Below, one piece after another: positions 1 to 8,143 of a DNA stretch of 14,829 bases (within the stretch, counting starts at the first letter, position 1; the number at the start of each line of letters is the position of its first letter). The notes under the pieces are model-generated. The model saw only the letters and a list, made by a program, of their open reading frames with translations. It had not been told where the DNA came from and did not search any database. This DNA is from Deltaproteobacteria bacterium (GTDB lineage Bacteria > Myxococcota_A > UBA9160 > SMWR01): NCBI GenBank assembly GCA_032128375.1, contig JAQBGU010000109.1, positions 1 through 14,829 on the forward strand, given 5' to 3'. Both the position numbers and the translations under genes were made by a program.

Positions 1-49
1 GCGACAGTCGCCGGTGTCCACAGGGTTTCAAAACAAACAGGGGAACCGC

Positions 50-123
50 ATGCGCGAGAAGATTGTCGCTCAACCCGAGTTAGATTTCGACCCGCCGATG
101 TTGAAGATCACGCAGGATTTTCA
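50..123 (+). pseudogene. 5' fragment of ISNCY/IS5-like transposase (MREKIVAQPELDFDPPMLKITQDF)
   Basis: ATG at 50 after a purine-rich AGGGG. Removing the IS66 and one GATTTTCA copy joins it in frame to 6012-7305, giving a 455-aa ORF (...ITQDFHSKYERISEILD...). Confidence 0.85.
116..123. repeat. IS66 target-site duplication, left copy (GATTTTCA)
   Basis: Identical 8-mer at 6004-6011; 8-bp duplications are typical of IS66. Confidence 0.95.
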
Positions 124-150
124 GTAAGCGATTGAGCAAGCACGTCCGGC

Positions 151-1752
151 TCAGCGGCCGATGTAGCGCCTGATCTGGCCCGGGTCGATGCGATGAGGCA
201 GGAGCGCTTCGATGTGTTCCAGCTTTGTCGCCTTCGGGATCTCGGCGAAGACGTGGCGGAGGTATGTGTAGGGCTCGATGCCATTCGCCTTCGCGGTCTC
301 GACCAGGCTGTACAGGTTGGCACTCGCCTGGGCACCGCGAACGGTGTCGGAAAACAACCATGCCTTCCTGCCTATGACAAAAGGACGGATCGCGTTTTCC
401 ACCAGATTGTTGTCGATGCGAAGTCGACCATCGTCGACATAGCGAATCAGCCGATCCCATTGGTTGTCGAGATAGGCGAGCGCTTTGCCGGTCAGGCTCT
501 GCGGCGGAACGCTGCCCAGTGCCCCGTCCAGCCACTCGCGGATCTTGTCGAGCTGAGGCTTCGCGTGCTGTTGGCGAACCCGATAGCGCTCCTCGGCAGA
601 CTCGTCGGCGATCTTCCGCTCGATTCGATACAGCACGCGGATGAGGTCGAGGCCCTGTTGGGCCTTCGTCACCTTCACCGAGCGTTTCTGGCCGGTCTTC
701 TTGCCCTTGCCCTGTGCCTTCAGTGCCTCGTCGAACTTCCTTCGCGCATGCGCGAAGCATCCCACGCGAACGAGGCCGTTCGCTTCACACACGTCGTTGT
801 AGCCCTCGTAACCATCGACTTGGAGATACCCTCGAAACCCCTCTAGCAAGCGCTTGGGAACCTCGCCTCCTCGAGACGGCGCGTAGTCGTAGAGCACAAG
901 CGGGTGGTCTTCGGGTCCTCCACGCCACACCCACAAGTACGACAAGCTCGTTGCGGCCTTGCCCGGTTCCTTGAGCACCTGGAAACGCGTCTCATCCGCT
1001 CCGACGATGTCGCCAGCGACCAACTCTTCCCGGATCAGGTTGATCAGCGGCTGGCCGAGTTCGCCACCGCGGATCATCCAATGCGCCAGTGTGGCCCGCG
1101 GAACATCGACGCCAATCCGCTGCAGCATCTTCTCCTGTCGATACAGGGGCAACCCGTCGCCGTACTTCGAGATCGCGACGTGGGCCAACAGGCCTGGAGC
1201 CGCCAGGCTTTTCGGAATCGGCTGCGGGGGCAACGGCGCAATCACGACTCCGCTCTTGCAGTGGGGGCACGCGTACTTGGGGCGCACATGGCGCAGCACC
1301 TGGATCGTGGCCGGAATGATTTCGAGCTGTTCGCAGATCTCTCGCCCGATCTCTTTGAGACGGTGACCGTCGTGCGTGCAGACCTTCTCGTCTTCGGATA
1401 GGTCGTGGAGGATCTCGACGCGCGGGATGTGAGCCGGAATCGGTCGTCGCCCGCACTTGCGTCGCTTGTGAGCGGGGACCTCGATCGTCTCGTCGTCTTC
1501 CACCTCTTCAGCGTCTGGGACGTCGGCGGCGTCCGCCGCGCACTCCGCCTCGTTGAACAGGCCGAGCTGTGCGCTGTTGGTTTTTTCGCTGCTTGCGCCG
1601 AAACGCTGGTGCTTGAGCAGGCGGATGTACTCTTCGAGGAATGCGATGTGTTCGGACTGCTCGGTGAACTCTTCGAGCTGCGCCTGCTGCTGCAGGATGA
1701 TCTCGCGCAGCGCTTCGACGTTATCGGGAAGTGAATTGGACGACGTCGGCAT
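151..1752 (-). CDS. tnpC: IS66 family transposase
   Basis: RFGASSEK leucine-zipper region, zinc finger (C..H...CPHC), HVAISKYGDGLPLYRQ, ADET, QVDGY, GCFAHARRKF, IDNNLVENAIRP, SLVETAKANGIEP. Start at ATG 1752 is likely; the ORF is open to 1770. Confidence 0.95.
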   Translation of the reverse strand: MPTSSNSLPDNVEALREIILQQQAQLEEFTEQSEHIAFLEEYIRLLKHQRFGASSEKTNSAQLGLFNEAECAADAADVPDAEEVEDDETIEVPAHKRRKCGRRPIPAHIPRVEILHDLSEDEKVCTHDGHRLKEIGREICEQLEIIPATIQVLRHVRPKYACPHCKSGVVIAPLPPQPIPKSLAAPGLLAHVAISKYGDGLPLYRQEKMLQRIGVDVPRATLAHWMIRGGELGQPLINLIREELVAGDIVGADETRFQVLKEPGKAATSLSYLWVWRGGPEDHPLVLYDYAPSRGGEVPKRLLEGFRGYLQVDGYEGYNDVCEANGLVRVGCFAHARRKFDEALKAQGKGKKTGQKRSVKVTKAQQGLDLIRVLYRIERKIADESAEERYRVRQQHAKPQLDKIREWLDGALGSVPPQSLTGKALAYLDNQWDRLIRYVDDGRLRIDNNLVENAIRPFVIGRKAWLFSDTVRGAQASANLYSLVETAKANGIEPYTYLRHVFAEIPKATKLEHIEALLPHRIDPGQIRRYIGR

Positions 1753-1788
1753 TGATGGGATACATAGCACATGTCAAGTCATTTTCAA

Positions 1789-2086
1789 CTACAGAACCGA
1801 CTCAAAATGAAGTGTTTCATGCGGACGAAGCGAAAAGATGTCGATCCCATCGAGCAACCAGTTGAGCTCGCGGCCGGTCAGAGCAATGACTGACTCATCG
1901 GCGGTTCGCGGCCACGGGAAGTGATCCTTCTCGAGCCGCTTGTACCACAGCACGAACCCATTGCGCTCCCAGTACAACAGCTTCAGCTTGTCGCGTTTGC
2001 GGTTGCAGAACACGAACAGGCTCGGCGCGAACAGGTCGAGTTCCAGTGCCTGCTCCACCAGGATCGATAGACCGTTGATCGATTTG
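1789..2086 (-). pseudogene. tnpB: IS66 TnpB accessory protein, 3' part (interrupted by RIT)
   Basis: KSINGLSILV...LFVFCNRKRDKLKLLYWERNGFVLWYKRLEKDHFPWP; joins in frame with 5570-5512 to give 118 aa. Confidence 0.92.
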
Positions 2087-2113
2087 CGCTTATGCGGAGA
2101 TCTGCATAAGCGC

Positions 2114-2145
2114 AATTATGCCGAGTTCATAGTTATGTAGAGCCC
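2114..2145. repeat. RIT left inverted repeat AATTATGCCGAGTTCATAGTTATGTAGAGCCC
   Basis: 31/32 identical to the reverse complement of 5479-5510. Confidence 0.93.
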
Positions 2146-2271
2146 GCTTCGGGCCCGAGTCTCACGGCGGCCTGGCCTGCCGTGCTTCCTGCTCGGCGCC
2201 GGATCTTGACTCCGCATAAATAGGATACTTCTCCCGAGGGTCGTCATCCCGACGACCGAAGGGAGAACACC

Positions 2272-3519
2272 ATGGGGATCGAAAACGTCAAGAGTGTGCT
2301 GTCCGGGATCAACCCGGGCGGCTGTGTTCAAGTCCACCTGGAAGCCTTCGGGGCCGAGCTCATCGCCGGCGACTACACCGTTCTGACGGCTCGGGACTAC
2401 GTGCGATCGGCGGCGCATCTGGGGCGGTGGATGGATGAGAGCGAGGTCAGCCTCCATCAACTCACGAATGAGGCCGTCGCGCGCTTTACTCAGCACGAGT
2501 GTAGGTGTCCGGGGGCCGGTGGGTACGGTCGACTCCCTTCGCGGCGCACCGTGGCTAGGGTCCGACGGTTTGTGAGACATCTTCAGGATCGAGGTGTGGT
2601 CGCGGTTGGCTCCGAAGCGCGTCTCCGGAAGATCCCGGCGCCTCTGGTCGGGTTCCGGGAATGGATGACGCATCATCACGGCGCCACCCAGCGCACGATC
2701 CATCAATACGAGAATCGGATCGAAAGAATGCTCCCGGCACTCGGAAGCGACCCCGCCTGCTACGACGCGCGCCTCGCGCGGGAAGTCCTTCTGGAAGAAG
2801 TGCGTGATCGGCACCGCACCTACGCGAAGACTTTTGTCACGGCCCTGCGTGCGTTCCTGCGATTTCTCGCCGCAAAGGAGCGCTGTCGGCCTCATCTAGA
2901 CCGAGCCGTCCCGGCCGTCCGAGAGTGGAGGCTCTCCTCTCTTCCGCGCTATCTCGAATCCGAGGACGTCGATCGCGTGATCGAATCGTGCGATCGGACG
3001 CGCGCCAAAGGAGTCCGGGACCGGGCCGTCTTGCTCCTGCTCGCGCGGCTCGGCCTGCGCGCGGGAGACATCGTTGCCCTGCGAATCGACGACCTCGACT
3101 GGAAGCAGGGCACCGTGCGCGTTCGGGGTAAGGGCCGTAAAGAGGTTCGCCTGCCCTTGCCGCAGGATGCGGGAGAGGCGCTGGCCGAGTACTTGAAAAA
3201 CGCTCGACCGAACTCAACCCACGCGTGCGTCTTCCTGTGCACGAATGCGCCGATCCGTCCCTTCGCGACGTCGGCGGTGGTCTCGATGATCGTGCGCTTC
3301 GCCATCGAGCGCGCGGGGATCACCGACCCGCCCTCCAAGGGCGCTCACCTGCTCCGCCACTCGGCGGCGACGGCGATGCTGCGCTCCGGCGCCAGCCTCG
3401 ATGCCGTCGCGACGGTGCTTCGGCACGAATCGTCGGACATGACCGCTCATTATGCCAAGGTCGACCTCGCATTGCTGGAACTCGTTGCTCAGCCGTGGCC
3501 GGAGGGGGCGCCATGCTGA
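2272..3519 (+). CDS. ritA: RIT tyrosine recombinase A
   Basis: LGLRAGDI, GKG, HLLRHS, LRH...TAHY catalytic motifs; RBS GGGAG upstream; overlaps next gene. Confidence 0.88.
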   Translation: MGIENVKSVLSGINPGGCVQVHLEAFGAELIAGDYTVLTARDYVRSAAHLGRWMDESEVSLHQLTNEAVARFTQHECRCPGAGGYGRLPSRRTVARVRRFVRHLQDRGVVAVGSEARLRKIPAPLVGFREWMTHHHGATQRTIHQYENRIERMLPALGSDPACYDARLAREVLLEEVRDRHRTYAKTFVTALRAFLRFLAAKERCRPHLDRAVPAVREWRLSSLPRYLESEDVDRVIESCDRTRAKGVRDRAVLLLLARLGLRAGDIVALRIDDLDWKQGTVRVRGKGRKEVRLPLPQDAGEALAEYLKNARPNSTHACVFLCTNAPIRPFATSAVVSMIVRFAIERAGITDPPSKGAHLLRHSAATAMLRSGASLDAVATVLRHESSDMTAHYAKVDLALLELVAQPWPEGAPC

Positions 3520-4427
3520 GCGCCGACATCACGCGCTACATCGAGTTCCACCAAGCCATGGGCCTTAAGTTCAAGTTGCAGGCGGGCCTCCTCCGTCACT
3601 TCGCCGCGTTTGCCGAGCCCCTCGGAGATCACTGGGTGCGGACGGAGACCGTCCTCGCCTGGGCCGCCGGAGCCCCGTCCGCGGCGCAACGACGGCAACG
3701 GTTGCTCGTCGTCCGCCGCTTCGCTCTGGAGATGCAAGCCGAAGATGACCGCTACGAGGTTCCCTCTGCGCTTGCGTTCGGGAAAGCCAAACGAGAACGT
3801 CGGATGCCGCACATCTACTCGGCCGATGAGATCCGACGTCTCCTACACGAGGCCGGGCAACTCTCCGCGAGTGGCTCCATCCGGCCGGTCACGTACCGGA
3901 CCCTGCTCGCGCTGATCGCGTCGACCGGACTGAGGATCTCGGAGGCGCTGGCACTCCAGCTTGTCGACTTCAATGGGGCCACGCTCGTCATCCGAAGCAC
4001 CAAGTTCCGGAAGAATCGACTCGTGCCACTGCACCCCTCCACTCGAGACGCACTGGAACACTACCTGGCTCGGCGTAAGCACGTCGTTGAGTCTGATGGC
4101 TCGTTCTTCGTCTCCACCGCAGGATGCGGCCTTTGCTATTCCACCGTCTACGCCGTGTTCTTGCAGCTGATGCGCTCGGCGGGCTTGCGCGAGGGACCCG
4201 GCGCGCCGGGTCCTTGTATCCATGATCTGCGGCACACCTTTGCCGTCCGCGCACTCGAGCAGTGCGGCGGCAGCGACGTGGAGATCGCGCGCCACGTTCT
4301 CGCGTTGAGCACGTACCTGGGTCACGCCCATCCCTCGGACACGTACTGGTATCTCCAGGCCACGCCCAAGCTGATGGAGAGCATCGGCCTCCGTACAGAG
4401 TCCCTGTTCCAAGGAGGTGCCGCATGA
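3513..4427 (+). CDS. ritB: RIT tyrosine recombinase B
   Basis: Start ATG 3513 (MLSADITRY) after GGAGGGG; TGLRISEAL, TKFRKNRLVPLH, HDLRHTFAV, LSTYLGH...TYWY. Confidence 0.88.
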   Translation: MLSADITRYIEFHQAMGLKFKLQAGLLRHFAAFAEPLGDHWVRTETVLAWAAGAPSAAQRRQRLLVVRRFALEMQAEDDRYEVPSALAFGKAKRERRMPHIYSADEIRRLLHEAGQLSASGSIRPVTYRTLLALIASTGLRISEALALQLVDFNGATLVIRSTKFRKNRLVPLHPSTRDALEHYLARRKHVVESDGSFFVSTAGCGLCYSTVYAVFLQLMRSAGLREGPGAPGPCIHDLRHTFAVRALEQCGGSDVEIARHVLALSTYLGHAHPSDTYWYLQATPKLMESIGLRTESLFQGGAA

Positions 4428-5413
4428 CGCCCCTCGCATCTCACTTGGTGGCATTCATCCGCGACTACCTGCCGCGACAACGGGGCTGCAGCCCGCGCAC
4501 GTGCGAGACCTACGGGTATGCGTTCCAGCTTCTGCTGGGCTTTGCGGCGCGACGTTGCGGAGTGTCTCCCTCGTCCCTTGCGCTCGAACAACTGGATGCC
4601 CCGTTGGTCTCCGCGTTCCTCGAACACTTAGAGAGAATACGTGGAAACTCCGCCTCCACGCGCAACGCTCGACTCGCCGCGATCAAGTCCTTCGCTCACT
4701 TCGTGGAATACCGTGTCCCGTCCTGCCTCGAGCAGATGGGAGCCATCTTGGCGATCCCGTCGAAGAAGACCGATCACAAACTGGTCGACTCGCTCGATCG
4801 CGACGAAGTCCAAGCGCTGCTCGACGCTCCGGATCCACGCACGCGAGAGGGAACGCGTGACCGGGCGATGCTGCATCTTGCGTTTGCCGCTGGACTTCGA
4901 GTCTCCGAACTGATCGGTCTGCAGCGGAGCGACTTGAAAACGCATCCCCAAGCCTCGATCCACGTCTGCGGGAAGGGGCGGCGAGAGCGTATTCTCCCGC
5001 TATGGAAGGAGACGGCCAAGACGCTACGCGCGTGGCTCGTCGTGCGCGGCGAAGCTGCGACGACGGAGCTATTTCTAAACGCTCAAGCCGCCCCGCTGAC
5101 CCGGTCCGGCTTCGAGTACATCCTGCGAAAATACGTCAAGGTCGCCGCACGAACCTGCCCGTCGATCGCCGGTAAACGGGTCTCGCCCCATGTGCTCCGC
5201 CACTCCTGCGCCATGCACACACTTCGCGCGACACGCGATGTGCGCCAAGTCGCTTTGTGGCTCGGCCACGCCAGCATCCAATCGACGGAAATCTACCTGC
5301 GCGCAGACCCGACCGAGAAACTTGCCGCCTTGCAGGCCGGCACGGCGCCGTCGCTTCGCGCCGGACGCTTCAAAGCACCCGACCGGCTCCTTGCGATGCT
5401 TCAACCCAACTGA
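4424..5413 (+). CDS. ritC: RIT tyrosine recombinase C
   Basis: ATGA overlap with the previous stop, RBS AGGAGG; TRNARLAAIKSF, GLRVSEL, GKGRRER, HVLRHS, WLGHASIQSTEIY. Confidence 0.88.
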   Translation: MTPLASHLVAFIRDYLPRQRGCSPRTCETYGYAFQLLLGFAARRCGVSPSSLALEQLDAPLVSAFLEHLERIRGNSASTRNARLAAIKSFAHFVEYRVPSCLEQMGAILAIPSKKTDHKLVDSLDRDEVQALLDAPDPRTREGTRDRAMLHLAFAAGLRVSELIGLQRSDLKTHPQASIHVCGKGRRERILPLWKETAKTLRAWLVVRGEAATTELFLNAQAAPLTRSGFEYILRKYVKVAARTCPSIAGKRVSPHVLRHSCAMHTLRATRDVRQVALWLGHASIQSTEIYLRADPTEKLAALQAGTAPSLRAGRFKAPDRLLAMLQPN

Positions 5414-5478
5414 CCAGGACCTGATTTATGCGGAGTCGCGCGACGAGCTTCCCTCAACAGAACAAGGATCTACCCCAT

Positions 5479-5510
5479 GGGCTCTACATAACTGTGAACT
5501 CGGCATAATT
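5479..5510. repeat. RIT right inverted repeat
   Basis: GGGCTCTACATAACTGTGAACTCGGCATAATT, inverse of 2114-2145 with one mismatch. Confidence 0.93.
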
Positions 5511-5511
5511 A

Positions 5512-5570
5512 CGCATATCGACGATGTCGCGGCACAGGTAGACCGAAACATCGCCAGCGGGTCGCATCAT
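5512..5570 (-). pseudogene. tnpB: IS66 TnpB, 5' part (MMRPAGDVSVYLCRDIVDMR)
   Basis: Start overlaps the tnpA stop (ATGA); VYL...VDMR continues as KSINGL beyond the RIT. Confidence 0.9.
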
Positions 5571-5926
5571 TGTGATGCCGACAGCGCTTCAACCAGTGCC
5601 GTCAACGATTCATTCGTCAGGCCATCCGTGCCTTCGAGCACCGCACCGTTTGCGAACCGCACCCGCCAAGCACCGGCGGGCGAAACGGGAGTCGGCACAC
5701 GAACGAACGAAACAGTCCGCGCCGGCCGGCCAGCAGGGGCAAGCGCACCCCGCCGGCGAAGATCTTTGGCCGCGTAGTACATCGCCTGGACCGACAACCG
5801 ATGACGCTTCGCGTACGCCCGCTTTGTCTCGCCTGATGCTGAGCAGCGCTTCAGATGCGCCAGCCACTCACGCTGCCGAATCGTCAGCTCACCCGCCGCT
5901 CGTTGCTTGCCCTTCGCTCTCGACAT
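5567..5926 (-). CDS. tnpA: IS66 TnpA-like accessory HTH protein
   Basis: First ORF inside the IS66 end; W..H...SG.T..AYAKRH.LS HTH-like pattern, FVRV motif; RBS GGAGG; coupled to tnpB. Confidence 0.85.
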   Translation of the reverse strand: MSRAKGKQRAAGELTIRQREWLAHLKRCSASGETKRAYAKRHRLSVQAMYYAAKDLRRRGALAPAGRPARTVSFVRVPTPVSPAGAWRVRFANGAVLEGTDGLTNESLTALVEALSASQ

Positions 5927-6003
5927 CTCGACCTCCCGTCAAATGGAGAGCGAAACATCGCTGAATCAGCCCGAATGGAAACATGGCTTTGTCGATCGCT
6001 TAC

Positions 6004-6011
6004 GATTTTCA
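6004..6011. repeat. IS66 target-site duplication, right copy (GATTTTCA)
   Basis: Identical to 116-123. Confidence 0.95.
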
Positions 6012-7305
6012 CTCGAAGTATGAACGGATCTCCGAAATTCTCGACCAGGCACCCCTCATCCTGAATCAGGCGCACGCGGATTTGGAGGCGCTTGCCGAAG
6101 AAGAGAGCCCGGGGCGTTCCCGCTACGCCACCGATACGGTTCTGCGACTGTGTGTTTGCCAAGTCATCGAAGGCCTGTCGCTGCGAGAGACGATCGTTCG
6201 GGTCGACACGTGCAGTGCGCTTCGGCGCTTCGTTCGAGTCGATAGTGGGGCGATGATGGACTACTCGACCTTCTGTCGTCTGCGCAATGCCATTACCCCG
6301 AGCAGTTGGAAGAAGATCAACGAACTGCTCGCCAAGCATGCGCTCGCTCGCGAGGAAATCACCGGCGACGCCCTTCGGCTGGACACAACCGCGGTCGAGA
6401 CCAACGTCCACTGGCCCACAGACTCTTCGCTTCTGGTCGACACATTTCGAACGATCAAGCGAGATCTCGACCAGGCTCGGAAGCTCGGCGTCGCACGACT
6501 CGAAGGACGCCGCTTTCATCTGGGTGCGATCCGCAAACTCGGGCTGCGGATCATTCGAAAGAGCCGTGGAAAGGGAACTTCTTCGAAAGGCCTGAAAGCG
6601 CTGTACAAGAGGCTGATTCGGCTTGTCGAGGAAATCCTGGCTGAGGCGAGCGCGGTAGCGCAGTGCTTGCGCGAGTGGTTGGCCGCCAAGAGTCAGTCGC
6701 TGGCCTTGCACCTGATCGAGCTGATCGAAATCGGTGGGCGCGTCGTCTCGCAGTCGCGGCGACGCGTGCTCGAAGGCGAGTCTGTTCCTAACGACGAGAA
6801 GGTGTTCAGCATCTTCGAGCCCCACACGGAGCTGCTCAAGCGAGGCAGGGCCGGCAAGCCGATTGAGTTCGGTCACATGGTTCAAATTCAACAGGTCCCC
6901 GAGAAGTTCATTACCGACTACGACGTGTTCGAACACAAGCCCGCAGAACCCGCTCTGCTGGACAGCGCGTTGGCTTCTCATCGCAGATTGTTTGGCGCCG
7001 ACCCTTCGCGCCTCGCCGCCGACAAGGGCTACTTCGACGGAGAGACCGTCAACAGGCTGGAGAAACACATCGAGACCGTTTCGATCGGTAAGAAGGGCAG
7101 GCGAAGCGCCGCGGAAGCCGCTCGTGAGCACGACCCGATTTACCGCCATGCCCAGCGATTTCGAGCGGGTGTGGAGGGGACAATCTCTTTTCTCAAGCGC
7201 GTCCTGCGACTATCGCGCTGCTACACCAAAGGGTGGGAGCACTTTCAGTCCACCATCGGCGCGAGCATCTTCGGCCACAACCTGCTGATCCTCGCGAGAT
7301 GTTGA
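6004..7305 (+). pseudogene. ISNCY/IS5-like DDE transposase, main 3' part
   Basis: RLDTTAVETNVHWPTDSSLL, EKVFSIFEPHTELLKRG...IEFG, ADKGY, RAGVEGTISFLKR; natural start separated by IS66. Confidence 0.88.
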
Positions 7306-7773
7306 CTCGACCGGGTTTCCCGAAGCTTGAAACGCGCTCACTGGCGAGCGGATGGGCGGTGTACGCCCGCGAACTGGCTCTGCGGCCAGTTCTGCCTGTG
7401 GAAGCCCAGAAAGAGCGAAAATCAGCTATTCACCATACAGTGTATATATCAACCGAGACAAAATGAAGATCGAATTGTGCACCTATGCAACAGGAACTAG
7501 CTACCGGCCGCTACTGAGGTCGCGAATGAGATTTCGTGGGCGATGTTCGCGTACCGGATCGCTCCGGACCTGATCGACGACTAAGCCGAAGCTTGCCAGC
7601 CTGCGAGACCCGGCAACCCTCCCTCAACCCGTGTGATCGGCAGGGTATCCGATCAGCCGGCAGCTTGAATTGGCTTGCCGACAAGGATCTCTTCTGGTTC
7701 TGATCCAGTTCGCTCAGCGCTGAACACTACCATCGGCAAGACGCCGTTGAGTGTCTATCCGCCGTGGACGTCG

Positions 7774-7877
7774 CCGCGCTGTAGTCAATTAGTAGTCAAA
7801 CCGAGCTACGACCCGTCGAGCGTCACCTGCTCCAATGCCGCAACTGTCTGATCCAACTGAACATCCAAATGGCACCC
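7774..7877 (-). repeat. att-like unit 1 (arm-type repeats, IHF-like site, 8-bp remnant of tRNA 3' end)
   Basis: GTAGTCAATTAGTAGTCAAAC (7781-7801) matches 11192-11212 at 20/21; CATCCAAATGGCACCC resembles CATCCAATGGCGCCC at the tRNA end. Confidence 0.75.
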
Positions 7878-7951
7878 TGTGACCCTTGAGCCGAGTGCAT
7901 GATCACCGACTGCTTGGGCTTTCGTCTCCAGACGGCCATCAACAGAGCCTC
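7877..7951 (-). pseudogene. IS3-family transposase remnant (integrase core fragment)
   Basis: Minus strand translates EALLMAVWRRKPKQSVIMHSAQGSQ, matching the IS3 OrfB motif ALLMAVWRRKP...HSDQGSQ with the catalytic D changed to A. Confidence 0.8.
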
Positions 7952-8143
7952 CGGCAAACCCGGGTCGGTTCTTTCCGACCGCTAGCGTGCTTACAGTCGC
8001 GAGGGAGTTTGCCCTCAAATCTTGAGACAATGGCTTGGCCATGCTGCTTCGGCTTTTGTTTTGGCTCAATCACATACGACTAGACACCGAATAGTTTGGT
8101 ACGCCGGGGCGCATGTCCGTCCCAACCCTATAGGAGGCCGCAT

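Larger units (their letters stand above)
2087..5514 (+). mobile_element. RIT (recombinase in trio) element
   Basis: Three overlapping tyrosine recombinase genes; 32-bp inverted repeats at 2114-2145 and 5479-5510; CGC shared at both junctions (2087-2089, 5512-5514); removing it restores tnpB exactly. Confidence 0.92.
124..6003 (-). mobile_element. IS66-family element (tnpA-tnpB-tnpC), about 2455 bp without the RIT insertion
   Basis: Terminal inverted repeats GTAAGCGATTGAGCAAGC (124-141) and reverse complement of 5986-6003 GTAAGCGATCGACAAAGC (15/18 match); 8-bp duplication; three canonical ORFs on the minus strand. Confidence 0.95.
1..7500 (+). mobile_element. Outer insertion sequence (ISNCY/IS5-like DDE element), interrupted by IS66; left end probably upstream of the window
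   Basis: Split transposase gene 50-123 + 6012-7305. The right end is tentatively placed at ...TATGCAACAGGAACTAG (7484-7500); no matching inverted repeat is in the window, so boundaries are approximate. Confidence 0.6.

Noticed and set aside
2087..2115. ORF-track start of tnpB (MRLCRSPHK)
   Set aside because: These codons come from the RIT end; the true N-terminus is at 5570-5512.
3225..3512. Long N-terminal extensions of ritB (and of ritC, 4262-4423)
   Set aside because: They overlap the upstream recombinase; RBS-backed coupled starts exist at 3513 and 4424.
1789..5570. tnpB as an RNA-guided TnpB nuclease
   Set aside because: IS66 TnpB is a small unrelated accessory protein; no RuvC motifs of IS200/IS605 TnpB are present.
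5884..7149. 421-aa minus-strand ORF and other long overlapping ORFs (80-760, 193-846, 2116-2895, 9547-10176, 13605-14453)
   Set aside because: Antisense or alternate-frame shadows of well-supported genes in GC-rich DNA; no recognisable motifs.
7501..7584. Short open frame LPAATEVANEISWAMFAYRIAPDLIDD as the tail of a gene cut by the outer IS
   Set aside because: Too short, preceded by an in-frame TAG at the presumed IS end, and the other half is not in the window.
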